From: an uncultured cyanobacterium | GTDB taxonomy: Bacteria > Cyanobacteriota > Cyanobacteriia > Pseudanabaenales > Pseudanabaenaceae | Length of the DNA: 64,000 bases | Assembly: GCA_963703315.1 (NCBI GenBank) | Contig: OY969811.1 | Span: forward strand, 160,001-224,000 | Direction of reading: 5' to 3' | Shown: piece after piece, positions 41,464 through 50,856 of the stretch | Layout: each line of letters opens with the position of its first letter | Position numbering within the stretch: the stretch's first letter is position 1 | The notes under the pieces: generated by a model | The model's database searches: none | Told to the model about the DNA's origin: nothing | Seen by the model: the letters and a program-made list of their open reading frames with translations, nothing else | Made by a program: the position numbers and the translations under genes

Positions 41464-43368
41464 TTGAAGGAGAAAATCTTGAAGATTTTATTAGTTGAAG
41501 ATGATGTATATTCTGCGGAAATACTGTTGCAACTACTCGCAGAATCTAACTACACCATTGATGCTGTGGCTGATGCGAAAACTGCTTGGAAATATGTGCA
41601 AACCTATGATTATGACTTGATCATTCTCGATGTGATGTTGCCTGACAGTGATGGGTTGGGGCTATGTACCAAGCTGCGTAATTCGGGCTATACCACTCCT
41701 GTGTTATTACTGACGGCGAAGGATAGTACGAGCGATCGCGTGATGGGTTTGGAAGCAGGAGCTGATGACTATGTGGTTAAGCCCTATAACTTTCAGGAAT
41801 TAGTGGCAAGGATTCGGGCGCTATTACGTCGCTATCATGAGAGTGATATTCTCATTCAAGAATTGATTTGGGAGGACTTGCGGCTCGATCTAAGAATGAA
41901 TACTGTGACTTATAAGCAGCAACCTTTACACTTAACGCAAAAGGAATATGGATTATTAGAAATATTTCTCAGGCATCCACAACAGACATTTAGTCGTAGT
42001 GCTTTGATTGATCATGTTTGGTCGGCGGGAGAGTTTCCCAGTGATGAGGCGGTGACTACGCATATTAAGGGATTGCGTCAGAAGTTGAAGGCAGCAGGGT
42101 TACAAACAGATCCCATTGAGACTTTATACGGATTGGGTTATCGGCTCAAACCTGTACCTGTGCAAGCAACCGATGAGCCTATGGCGATAAGTCTTTTGCC
42201 TAAAGAAACTATAGACGACAACCTATCACCGTTAGACAAGGCGCAAGTAAGGGAAGTAATTGCGATTATGTCTAAGAAATTAATCGCGAGTTTGCCAGAA
42301 ATAATTGCCATGTTCCGACAGGTAGCGATCGCTTTGGAGCAGCATAAATTGGATGCAGATCTGCGTTATGAAGGATATATGCAAGTGCATCGGCTGATTG
42401 GCTCCTTGGGGTCTTTAGGATTTCCTGAAGGATCGGCGATCGCCCGTCAGCTTGAAGAGATGTTACATATTGATTTTCCTTTGGTTGCTGTTGATGCGGA
42501 CTTATTGCGAGAATTAATTAGCAAGCTCGAACAGAATACTCTCAATCCATTACCAACAGTCCCTACTGAGCCGACATTACTCCCATCTCATCATTCGTCA
42601 TTACCTCTATTATTAATTGTCGATGATGATGTTCTGTTAACAGAGGAAATTCTATTAGAGGCAGAAACTTGGGGAATGCGGGTACAAACGGCGAACGATC
42701 TGACAGAGGCTAGGTCAAAAATTGCGAAGGAAGCGCCTGATGTGATGTTGCTAGATATCATCTTTCCTGATTTGACTGAAAACGGACTGACTTTGTTAGA
42801 TGAACTGGCGCAGAGGGAGACGAAAATCCCGACGGTGATGATAACGGCGGCGAGTGGGTTGAGCGATCGCGTGATGGCGGCGCGTAAGGGTGGTTGTGCA
42901 TTTATCGAGAAGACTGCCTCTACGGAAGAAATTTTGAATACGGTGTCGCAGGTTTTGTATCAACACTGTAGCGATCGCTCGAAGGTGATGATTGTCGATG
43001 ATGATCCGAATATGCTCAAAATTTTGCAGCAATTACTAAACCGTTATGATATTGAGGCTACGACTTTGCAAGATCCCATGCAGTTTTGGCAGGTTTTGGA
43101 ATCAACTTCTCCCGATCTGTTAATTTTGGATTTGCTGATGCCTTGCTACAGTGGGCTTGATTTATGTCAAGCGGTGCGAACGTCTTCGCTTTGGCATGAT
43201 TTACCAATCGTGTTTTTATCGGCTCAGACCGATCGCGAAACAATTCGGCAATTATTTGTCGCGGGTGCTGATGATTATCTGAGTAAACCCGTTGCGGAGA
43301 GTGATTTGTATACCCGTATTCTCAGTCGTTTAGATCGCAGTCGCCTATCGAGAAAAAATTATTCGTGA
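41464..43368 (+). CDS. Multidomain response regulator REC-wHTH(OmpR)-HPt-REC-REC (RcaC/RfpB-like architecture)
   Basis: ILLVEDD...LDVMLP...KPY; IETLYGLGYRL; HRLIGSLGSLG; two further REC domains. Confidence 0.9.
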   Translation: MKEKILKILLVEDDVYSAEILLQLLAESNYTIDAVADAKTAWKYVQTYDYDLIILDVMLPDSDGLGLCTKLRNSGYTTPVLLLTAKDSTSDRVMGLEAGADDYVVKPYNFQELVARIRALLRRYHESDILIQELIWEDLRLDLRMNTVTYKQQPLHLTQKEYGLLEIFLRHPQQTFSRSALIDHVWSAGEFPSDEAVTTHIKGLRQKLKAAGLQTDPIETLYGLGYRLKPVPVQATDEPMAISLLPKETIDDNLSPLDKAQVREVIAIMSKKLIASLPEIIAMFRQVAIALEQHKLDADLRYEGYMQVHRLIGSLGSLGFPEGSAIARQLEEMLHIDFPLVAVDADLLRELISKLEQNTLNPLPTVPTEPTLLPSHHSSLPLLLIVDDDVLLTEEILLEAETWGMRVQTANDLTEARSKIAKEAPDVMLLDIIFPDLTENGLTLLDELAQRETKIPTVMITAASGLSDRVMAARKGGCAFIEKTASTEEILNTVSQVLYQHCSDRSKVMIVDDDPNMLKILQQLLNRYDIEATTLQDPMQFWQVLESTSPDLLILDLLMPCYSGLDLCQAVRTSSLWHDLPIVFLSAQTDRETIRQLFVAGADDYLSKPVAESDLYTRILSRLDRSRLSRKNYS

Positions 43369-43375
43369 ATATTTT

Positions 43376-43528
43376 GTGAATGCTTTTAGTGCGGGTGTGG
43401 TGGAATATCCCCATGACGGTATAACCCTAGAGGTTTTGTATCGCAATATGGATGCAGCATTGTATCAGGCAAAGGCATCAGGTAGAAATCAGATTGTCGT
43501 GGCAAGTAATTGTCTGGGATCGGCTTGA
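43376..43528 (+). pseudogene. Orphan C-terminal fragment of a GGDEF domain
   Basis: The +1 frame after the regulator reads FSAGVVEYPHDG...DAALYQAKASGRNQIV; the GGDEF core is missing. Confidence 0.8.
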
Positions 43529-43530
43529 TC

Positions 43531-43564
43531 TCCTCAGATTGTCCTCATTTTTGATTGTTATTTT
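43531..43564 (+). promoter_or_regulatory. Direct-repeat box plus -10 (site 2)
   Basis: TCCTCA-GATTG-TCCTCA-N11-TATTTT. Confidence 0.6.
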
Positions 43565-43730
43565 TAGAAGTAATTGGGACTGGTTAAAAACTCTAAGAGA
43601 TCCCCCTCAATCCCCCTTATAAAGGGGGAAGAAGAGAAGAGCATTCTCCCCCCTTATAAAGGGGGGAGCAAGACAATGTTTTTAAATGAGCTTCTTATTT
43701 TGCTAACCGTTCTTTAGGCAATTTGTAAAT

Positions 43731-44159
43731 ATGAAAGTATTCGAGCAGTTTTATGAATGTCCTGTTACTGGTCATGAGTCAGCGATTTGGCAGCTAAAAT
43801 GTCATTTACGGATTATCCATCACCAATTTGGACAACAGATCGCGATTGTCTCTGTACAGAACTGCGAGATTGGCTGGTTTATTCCTTCCCAGCTTGAACA
43901 ACTTGCCACGCACATAGTTCGGACATTTCAACTTGATCCCGATCGCCTAATTTGGATCGAACGTGACCCCCATTACGCCAGCCGCCCAATTAACACGGAA
44001 TATACCGAAGTTTCCTTTGATTGGCATCAAGGGGTTGCCACTAATCCTAAATGGAAGGCGATCGCTAATGAATCAGTCGAATTTCTCAGCATCAAAGCAC
44101 TTACTTGCAATCACAATAGTTTTAATTCTGCTCTCACTCCTTTTCTGGCAAGTGCTTAA
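43731..44159 (+). CDS. Hypothetical protein
   Basis: 142-aa ORF (LATHIVRTFQLDPDRLIWIE...VSFDW...PKWK) with no recognised function. Confidence 0.7.
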   Translation: MKVFEQFYECPVTGHESAIWQLKCHLRIIHHQFGQQIAIVSVQNCEIGWFIPSQLEQLATHIVRTFQLDPDRLIWIERDPHYASRPINTEYTEVSFDWHQGVATNPKWKAIANESVEFLSIKALTCNHNSFNSALTPFLASA

Positions 44160-44162
44160 TTT

Positions 44163-44480
44163 ATGCCTAAAACCTTTGTTAAATTAACCTTGATGATTGC
44201 TGTTGAGGAAATTGATAATTTTCTTAGCGATTATCCCAATTGCTTGCAACCAGAATATTCGGCGATTCCCGAATTGCAGACTAAAATTTCTGATACTGAA
44301 CTACGGCGGCGATCGCTAGAGCATATTACCCGCTATATTCCCCATCGTTACGAAGTAATCGACTGTGCAAGGGAAAGTCCTGAAAAGCCGAAGATGCCCT
44401 ACCGCAATCTAGATCAAGGACTAGAGATTAAAGCTCTAGTGCAAGATATCATTTTTCAAATCCTGCCAGAACAGACGTAA
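44163..44480 (+). CDS. Hypothetical protein, possibly a distant ComFB-like protein
   Basis: 105-aa ORF coupled to the upstream gene; the family resemblance is weak. Confidence 0.55.
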   Translation: MPKTFVKLTLMIAVEEIDNFLSDYPNCLQPEYSAIPELQTKISDTELRRRSLEHITRYIPHRYEVIDCARESPEKPKMPYRNLDQGLEIKALVQDIIFQILPEQT

Positions 44481-44494
44481 TAATTGATCTTGCT

Positions 44495-44528
44495 CTTACA
44501 TCTTTTCCTCATGTTTGTGTTTTATGAT
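44495..44528 (+). promoter_or_regulatory. Box plus -10 (site 3, upstream of the phytochrome operon)
   Basis: CTTACA-N5-TCCTCA-N11-TATGAT. Confidence 0.55.
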
Positions 44529-44547
44529 TAACTAGATATAGCCGAGA

Positions 44548-44730
44548 TTGATTTATAATTCGCCCGAAGTAGGGGAACTCGCGCTTATTCCTAGCATCGC
44601 TCAAGTAGCCTGTACTAATGTCCTTAGCCATCAAAGCTTTGTAGAGTTTGGGTGCAAAGGTGTAATTAGTAAACTTTTCGAGTCAATCACCCTTGTTTCA
44701 CAAATTTCTTACATACTAGGCTGGGAATGA
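44548..44730 (+). pseudogene. Degenerate C-terminal half of a CheY-like receiver
   Basis: FGCKGVISKLFESITLVSQISYILGW aligns with LGVKGAIAKPFHPTQIVPQIARILGW of 50452-50835. Confidence 0.65.
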
Positions 44731-47045
44731 ATACTTTTTTGCGGCAGATCGATCATGATTATTACGAGTTTGAAGCGGTTAATTTGACTAACTGCGATCG
44801 CGAACCGATTCATATTCCTAGTTTGATTCAGCCTCATGGACTACTTTTGATCCTGACTGAGCCAGATTTATGTATTGCTCAAGTGAGCGCTAATTCCCTT
44901 GAAATTTTAGGGATTGCTCCCGATGATCTCCTCGATCGCCCCCTAGTTGAATTTACGGGTGAAGAACTGATTACATCGATTCAGTCTTGCCTTGAGCGTG
45001 ATTTTGATTTTCTAAATCCTCTGCGTGTTGATTTTTGTGGGATAGGCGATCGCTTGCCTCTGTCGTTTAATGGTATTGTGCATCGCGCTCCCACGGGGGA
45101 AATCGTCCTAGAACTGGAAGCTTGGGAAACATCGGCGGGAAGTGATTTTGTTCGGTTTTATCATCAAATCAAACAAAATCTTGCCAAAATCCAAATAGCA
45201 AAAGACTTAGCGGGATTATGTGACTTAATAGTTCAAGAAGTGCAAGCATTGACGGGATTTGATCGGGTGATGATTTATCGCTTCGGTGAGCAGGGAGATG
45301 GAACTGTAATTGCGGAGACCAAACAGCCTAACCTAGAGACATTTTTGGGACTTCGCTATCCAGACTCAGACATTCCAAAACAGGCAAAACATCTCTATAC
45401 TCTCAATCGGTTACGCTTAATTCCAGAAGTGAGTTATCAACCCGTGGGGTTAGTCAGTTATGGGCAACCGATAGAAGAGAAAGCACTTCTCGATATGAGT
45501 TATTGTACTTTGCGATCGGTTTCACCGATCCACATTGAGTATCTGCAAAATATGGGCGTAGCTGCCTCAATGTCTGTTTCTTTAATTCAAAATCAACGGT
45601 TATGGGGATTGATCGCCTGTCATCATTACGCACCAAAATTCGTTCCCTACGATACTCGTGTAATTTGCGAATTTTTGGGACAGTTGATGTCTACGGAGTT
45701 AGGTAATAAAGAAGCCAACCAACATCTAGATTACAAACTCCATCTCAAAATGCTTCAAGGTCAATTTGTGGAACGTTTGACCAAAGCGACAGAATTTATG
45801 GAAGAACTCAACCATGATCACGCTGCTTTGCTAGAGCTTACGGGTGCTCAGGGGGCGGTGCTTTGTGATGGCGATCGCCTGATTTTGATTGGCAAAACTC
45901 CTGATGAGCCAGCCGTAAGAGCTTTGCTAACTTGGCTACAGGATCGCTTTGAGCAGGGAAACTTTGAGCGCGATCTGTTGGTCACCGACGCTTTATCTAG
46001 TATCTACGCCGATGGCTTGGCTGATCAGGCGATCGCCAGTGGCTTGATCGCAATCGCAATTTCTAAAATTCAACACCGCTATGTAATCTGGTTCCGACCT
46101 GAGCAAGAGCAAACGGTGACTTGGGCAGGCGATCGCGATAAAGCAAGACAGGTTGCCGAAGACGGCAGTATTCGGCTGCTTCCCCGCCAGTCCTTTGCGG
46201 CTTGGAAAGAAATCGTGCTCGGCAAGTCTAGCCCTTGGTTGCCCTGCGAAGTGGAAAGCGCGATCGAATTACGACAGGCGATCGTCGATATTGTCCTGCG
46301 TCAAGCCCATGAACTGGCGATGATCAACTTAGATCTAGAGCGTAGTAACAGCGAACTTGACTCCTTTGCCTACATTGCTTCCCATGATCTTAAAGAACCT
46401 TTGCGCGGTATTCATAACTATGCCACTTTTTTATTGGAAGACTATGGCGAAATCCTGAAGGGAGATGGTACGGACAAACTCCATACATTAGTCAAACTGA
46501 CTAAGCGCATGGAAGCACTGATCGAAGCTTTGCTAAAATTCTCGCGCTTAGGTCGTCAAGAGTTGCAAATGGAACCCCTTGATCTTAATCAGGTGTTGCA
46601 AAATGTAAGGGAATTATTTGCGATGAATCCGCAATGGCAAAACTGCAAGATTGAAATTCCCCGATCGCTACCGATAGTGTGGGGCGATCGCCTGTTGATT
46701 GAGGAGGTTTTCATTAATTTAATAGCCAATGCTTTTAAATATAATGAAAGCTCTGAAAAAATCGCTGAAATCGGCTGGCTCGCAGATCAGTCCTCAGAAC
46801 CTTTGGTAACGCTCTATGTGCGGGATAATGGCATTGGCATTCGCGAGAAGCATTTGCAGTCGGTATTTCAGATTTTTAAACGTCTGAATGCACCGAGTAA
46901 GTATGGTGGCGGTACGGGGGCGGGGCTGACGATTGTCCGCAAGATTGTTGAACGGCACAAAGGTAGTATTCAATTACAATCTATCTATGGGGAAGAAACT
47001 ACGATTTTGTTTGCTTTACCTGCGAGTGATCCTAATCTGCTATGA
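44727..47045 (+). CDS. Bacteriophytochrome-type photoreceptor histidine kinase (PAS-GAF-PHY-HK; CphB/AphB-like)
   Basis: N-terminal LTNCDREPIHIP Cys; SDIPKQA; LRSVSPIH (no GAF Cys); PRQSF; SHDLKEPLR. Confidence 0.92.
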   Translation: MNTFLRQIDHDYYEFEAVNLTNCDREPIHIPSLIQPHGLLLILTEPDLCIAQVSANSLEILGIAPDDLLDRPLVEFTGEELITSIQSCLERDFDFLNPLRVDFCGIGDRLPLSFNGIVHRAPTGEIVLELEAWETSAGSDFVRFYHQIKQNLAKIQIAKDLAGLCDLIVQEVQALTGFDRVMIYRFGEQGDGTVIAETKQPNLETFLGLRYPDSDIPKQAKHLYTLNRLRLIPEVSYQPVGLVSYGQPIEEKALLDMSYCTLRSVSPIHIEYLQNMGVAASMSVSLIQNQRLWGLIACHHYAPKFVPYDTRVICEFLGQLMSTELGNKEANQHLDYKLHLKMLQGQFVERLTKATEFMEELNHDHAALLELTGAQGAVLCDGDRLILIGKTPDEPAVRALLTWLQDRFEQGNFERDLLVTDALSSIYADGLADQAIASGLIAIAISKIQHRYVIWFRPEQEQTVTWAGDRDKARQVAEDGSIRLLPRQSFAAWKEIVLGKSSPWLPCEVESAIELRQAIVDIVLRQAHELAMINLDLERSNSELDSFAYIASHDLKEPLRGIHNYATFLLEDYGEILKGDGTDKLHTLVKLTKRMEALIEALLKFSRLGRQELQMEPLDLNQVLQNVRELFAMNPQWQNCKIEIPRSLPIVWGDRLLIEEVFINLIANAFKYNESSEKIAEIGWLADQSSEPLVTLYVRDNGIGIREKHLQSVFQIFKRLNAPSKYGGGTGAGLTIVRKIVERHKGSIQLQSIYGEETTILFALPASDPNLL

Positions 47046-47536
47046 ATAATCTCTTAACTTCCCCTTGGGCTGACATCACTCATCCCATCATTCTGATCGT
47101 GGAAGATAGCGACGAGGACTTTTATATGTTTATGAGAGCTATGCAGAATCTTGATGTATTGAAGCGATCGCTTTATCGGTTTTTACGATTTGACAATGGT
47201 GATGAGGTGCTTGATTACCTATTTCGGCGCGGCGAATATCAAAATCTGAATGCACCTTTACCCGTTGCCATGCTGCTAGATCTCAACTTACCAGGAACCG
47301 ATGGCAGGGATATCATTCAGCAAGTAAAACAAACTCCACACTTGCAAACCTTGCCAATTATCGTCTTGACCACATCAAACAGTCAGCGCGATATTCAAAC
47401 CTGTTACGAGAATGGAACAAATTGCTATACTCTTAAACCAATGGGTGTTACTGCTATGCAAGAAACAATTCAAACCCTTTTTCAACACTGGTTTCAAATT
47501 GCAGTGCTACCTACCTACGGACAATTTACCTCCTAA
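47042..47536 (+). CDS. Phytochrome-cognate single-domain response regulator (Rcp1/RcpB-like)
   Basis: ILIVEDS, LLDLNLPGTDG and LTTS motifs; overlaps the phytochrome stop. Confidence 0.88.
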   Translation: MNNLLTSPWADITHPIILIVEDSDEDFYMFMRAMQNLDVLKRSLYRFLRFDNGDEVLDYLFRRGEYQNLNAPLPVAMLLDLNLPGTDGRDIIQQVKQTPHLQTLPIIVLTTSNSQRDIQTCYENGTNCYTLKPMGVTAMQETIQTLFQHWFQIAVLPTYGQFTS

Positions 47537-47577
47537 AGTGTCTCCAGAGATCACGCCTGAAGCTTTGCTGACAATTC

Positions 47578-49668
47578 ATGACCTCGACATCACTCTCAGA
47601 AACTAATATCACTGTTTTGATTGTCGATGATTCGATAGAAGATCGTGCTACTTACATTCGCTATCTGCGCTCGGATATATCGCGTTGCTATAGTTTGCTG
47701 GAAGCCGAAACCCTATCGGAAGGCATAGATCTATGGCGATCGCAACACCCTGATATTGTGTTGATTGATTATTTTCTGCCCGATGGGGAAGGGTGGGAAT
47801 TATTGACAGTAATGGGAGAAGGTGATCTCATTCCCAAGCTAGATGCGATCGTTTTAACTGGACTTGACAGCAATGAGCAGCCCATCTTACAAACGATGCG
47901 TTTAGGTGCTGCTGACTATCTGATTAAGGGGGAGGTCACATCCATATCCCTCTGTACCCGTGTTGGACAGGTGTGCGATCACATCATGCTTACCCGTCAA
48001 CTAAAGCGATCACAAGAGCAGGAACTTTTAATTGCCAAAATCTCGCTACATATTCGACAATATATTGGTTTAGAAGAAATTCTCAATGCGATCGTGCAGG
48101 AAATCCGCACCTTTTTAAAAGCCGATCGCACTATTATTTACAAGTTCAACCCCGATATGACTGGCGGAGTCACTGCTGAGTCTATCTTGCCACCTTGGGA
48201 AGGCTGTATGCACCGAGAGTTCAGTGATGAAATCTTTCCAGAAAATATGGGGGGAGAGTATCGAAATGGCAGAATTTTTGTCGCTCCTGATGTGCGTAAA
48301 TCAAATCTTAGTGAATGTCATCTGCAAATGCTAGAAAGCTTTCCCGCAAGGGCAAGCCTGATCGTGCCAATCCTGCATCCCAATGACAAAGATAATCCTC
48401 TGTGGGGTTTGCTATGTACCTATCAATGTTTTGAGCCGCGTGTTTGGCAAGACTCAGATATTCGCTTACTTCAACAATTATCCGTACAGCTAGCGATCGC
48501 CCTCCAACAAGCGGAACTTTATCGCGATCTCCAAAAAAGCAATGTTGAATTAGAAAATCGGGTTGCAGAGCGCACTGCCGAACTTTATCAACGGCAAATT
48601 GCTCTCCAAGAATCCAATCGACGTTGGCAATCATTATTAGATAATGTGCGCCTTATCGTCGTCGGTTTAAGCTGTCAAGGACAAGTAGAATATGTCAATC
48701 CCTATTTTCTAGAGGCGACTGGCTACATACTAGAAGAAGTCATAGGCAAAGATTGGCTTCCTTACTTTTTACCTCTCAGTGAACAAGAGGCGGTAAGATT
48801 GGCTTTTGCAGATTCATTCATCAATCCTGATTGCTTTCATAAATATTATCAAAACTCTATTGTCACTAAAACAGGCGAAGAAAGAATAATCGCTTGGAAC
48901 AATACGCTCCTTCGCAATCAAAATGATGAAATTATCGGCTCAATGAGCATCGGTGAAGATATTACTGAAAAGTTAAAGATTGAACGAGTCAAGGATGAAT
49001 TTATTTCCATTGTTAGCCATGAACTCCGCACGCCCCTAGCTTCCATTCGTGGTGCTTTGGGACTGCTTGCCTCTGGTGTATTAGCGGATAAACCTGACGC
49101 TGCTAAGAATATGATTGATATTGCGGCGATCAATATTGAGAGATTGGTGCGTCTAGTCAATGACATCTTGGACTTAGAGCGTTTAGAATCAAACAGTTTT
49201 AACCTCGATCGCCAATGGCACGATACAGCGCAGCTATGCCGCCAAGCCGTAGAAACTATACAAGCACTTGCTTCTGAAAATCAGATTGAAATCTTATCTG
49301 AATATAAATCCTTTCAAATTTTTGCCGATAGCGATCGCATTGTGCAAACCCTAGTCAATTTACTCAGTAATGCGATCAAATTCTCACCACCCCAAAGCCA
49401 AGTTGAGATTAGAGTAAAATCTATCCCCGAGGCGATCGTTTTTCATGTTAGCGATCGTGGGCGGGGTATTCCTGAAACCCACTTAGAAACCATTTTCGGA
49501 CGTTTTAACCAAGTCGATGCTTCTGATTCTCGACAGATGGGAGGTACAGGTTTAGGTTTAGCGATTTCTCAAAGTATTGTGCAGCAGCACGGCGGCAAAA
49601 TCTGGGCAGAAAGTAAATTGTCACAAGGAAGTACCTTTTTCTTCACAATTCCCCACCATAGAAAATAA
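47578..49668 (+). CDS. REC-GAF-PAS histidine kinase; GAF is cyanobacteriochrome-like
   Basis: VLIVDDS receiver; GAF with LSECHLQML; SHELRTPL; NLLSNAIKFS; GGTGLGL. Confidence 0.88.
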   Translation: MTSTSLSETNITVLIVDDSIEDRATYIRYLRSDISRCYSLLEAETLSEGIDLWRSQHPDIVLIDYFLPDGEGWELLTVMGEGDLIPKLDAIVLTGLDSNEQPILQTMRLGAADYLIKGEVTSISLCTRVGQVCDHIMLTRQLKRSQEQELLIAKISLHIRQYIGLEEILNAIVQEIRTFLKADRTIIYKFNPDMTGGVTAESILPPWEGCMHREFSDEIFPENMGGEYRNGRIFVAPDVRKSNLSECHLQMLESFPARASLIVPILHPNDKDNPLWGLLCTYQCFEPRVWQDSDIRLLQQLSVQLAIALQQAELYRDLQKSNVELENRVAERTAELYQRQIALQESNRRWQSLLDNVRLIVVGLSCQGQVEYVNPYFLEATGYILEEVIGKDWLPYFLPLSEQEAVRLAFADSFINPDCFHKYYQNSIVTKTGEERIIAWNNTLLRNQNDEIIGSMSIGEDITEKLKIERVKDEFISIVSHELRTPLASIRGALGLLASGVLADKPDAAKNMIDIAAINIERLVRLVNDILDLERLESNSFNLDRQWHDTAQLCRQAVETIQALASENQIEILSEYKSFQIFADSDRIVQTLVNLLSNAIKFSPPQSQVEIRVKSIPEAIVFHVSDRGRGIPETHLETIFGRFNQVDASDSRQMGGTGLGLAISQSIVQQHGGKIWAESKLSQGSTFFFTIPHHRK

Positions 49669-49673
49669 GAACT

Positions 49674-50048
49674 ATGACCACTAAATCTATCTTATTAATT
49701 GATGATGAACCAAATCTGGCTGAAGTCATAGCTGTTTGTTTAGAAAGCTTTAAAGACTGGCAAGTGCGTGTAGTCAACTCAGGTAAAGAAGGACTGAAAA
49801 TAGTTGAATCGCTCCAGCCCGATGCGATTCTCCTTGATGTGATGATGCCTGAAATGGATGGTATTACTGTCTTTCAGCATCTCCAACAGAATTCCGCTAC
49901 TCAAAATATTCCTGTAATTCTATTAACTGCTAAAGTCCAATCGAGCGATCGCGCTAGGTTTTCTCAATTAGGTGTAGCAGGCTTAATTGCCAAACCCTTC
50001 GAGCCACTCCAACTCGCCGATGAAATTGCCGATCTTTTACATTGGTAA
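49674..50048 (+). CDS. CheY-like response regulator
   Basis: ILLIDDE, LLDVMMPEMDG and KPF motifs. Confidence 0.92.
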   Translation: MTTKSILLIDDEPNLAEVIAVCLESFKDWQVRVVNSGKEGLKIVESLQPDAILLDVMMPEMDGITVFQHLQQNSATQNIPVILLTAKVQSSDRARFSQLGVAGLIAKPFEPLQLADEIADLLHW

Positions 50049-50150
50049 GTAGCTCGGCATATTTATAAACCAAACCCAGATTGCCGTGCCGCCCGCGTAG
50101 CGGGCGGCACGGCAATCTGGGCTTTAAGTTTACTTATGCTTGACTACTTA
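50046..50150. mobile_element. Palindromic mini-element, family A
   Basis: TAAGTAGCTCGGCATA...TATGCTTGACTACTTA; begins at the TAA stop of the upstream gene. Confidence 0.7.
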
Positions 50151-50186
50151 ACTATAGCAAGAGGATTGACTGACAAAAGTATTAGA

Positions 50187-50301
50187 TATAGCTGTAGTCA
50201 GTTATGTTAGGACAAAACCAAAACCCAAAAGAGAGTTGCGGCGCGAAGCGCCGCAACTCTCTTTTGGGTTTTATGTCTTAACTTGCTTGGCTATGGCTAT
50301 A
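50187..50301. mobile_element. 115-bp palindromic mini-element, family B
   Basis: Near-identical to 41177-41291. Confidence 0.8.
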
Positions 50302-50372
50302 AATACGTCAGATAAGAAGTCTACTCTGTACAGGTGAAATCTTTGTGGTGTAGGTATTTCAACCATTTTATG

Positions 50373-50406
50373 TCATCATACTTTCCTCATGATTATCATT
50401 TACATT
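50373..50406 (+). promoter_or_regulatory. Direct-repeat box plus -10 (site 4)
   Basis: TCATCA-N5-TCCTCA-N11-TACATT. Confidence 0.6.
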
Positions 50407-50451
50407 CATTTAACTCAATATTAGAAAGCAACTTGGCTCTAATAAAAATCT

Positions 50452-50835
50452 ATGTCGAACGCACCCAACAAAACAATTTTATTAATAGACGATGAGGAAT
50501 ACATTCGTCTGATTATAGAAGCTTGTTTTGAAAGTTTTAGCAATTGGCATTCTATAAGTGTTCCATCCTGTGAAGAAGGTTTGCTGGCTGTAGCAAACCT
50601 TCGCCCTGACGCAATTCTGCTAGATATGTTGATGCATAATATGGATGGTTTTGATTTTCTCAAAAATTTACGAGCTAACCCTGAGTTTGCAGATACTCCC
50701 GTAGTCTTATTGACTGGTCGAGTTGACCTCATCGAACCTCAAAAAGTTGCTCAGTTAGGAGTCAAAGGCGCGATCGCAAAGCCATTCCATCCCACTCAAA
50801 TTGTTCCTCAAATTGCGCGTATTCTGGGGTGGTAA
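50452..50835 (+). CDS. CheY-like response regulator
   Basis: ILLIDDE, ILLDMLMHNMDG and KPF motifs. Confidence 0.9.
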   Translation: MSNAPNKTILLIDDEEYIRLIIEACFESFSNWHSISVPSCEEGLLAVANLRPDAILLDMLMHNMDGFDFLKNLRANPEFADTPVVLLTGRVDLIEPQKVAQLGVKGAIAKPFHPTQIVPQIARILGW

Positions 50836-50856
50836 TGAGGCGAATCACACTTCAAC

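Noticed and set aside
41464..47536. Calling the island rcaC/rcaE or the FaRLiP rfpABC cluster
   Set aside because: The sensor is a PAS-GAF-PHY biliverdin-type phytochrome, no L-box was seen, and there are no adjacent phycobiliprotein or photosystem paralogs; only the domain architecture is similar.
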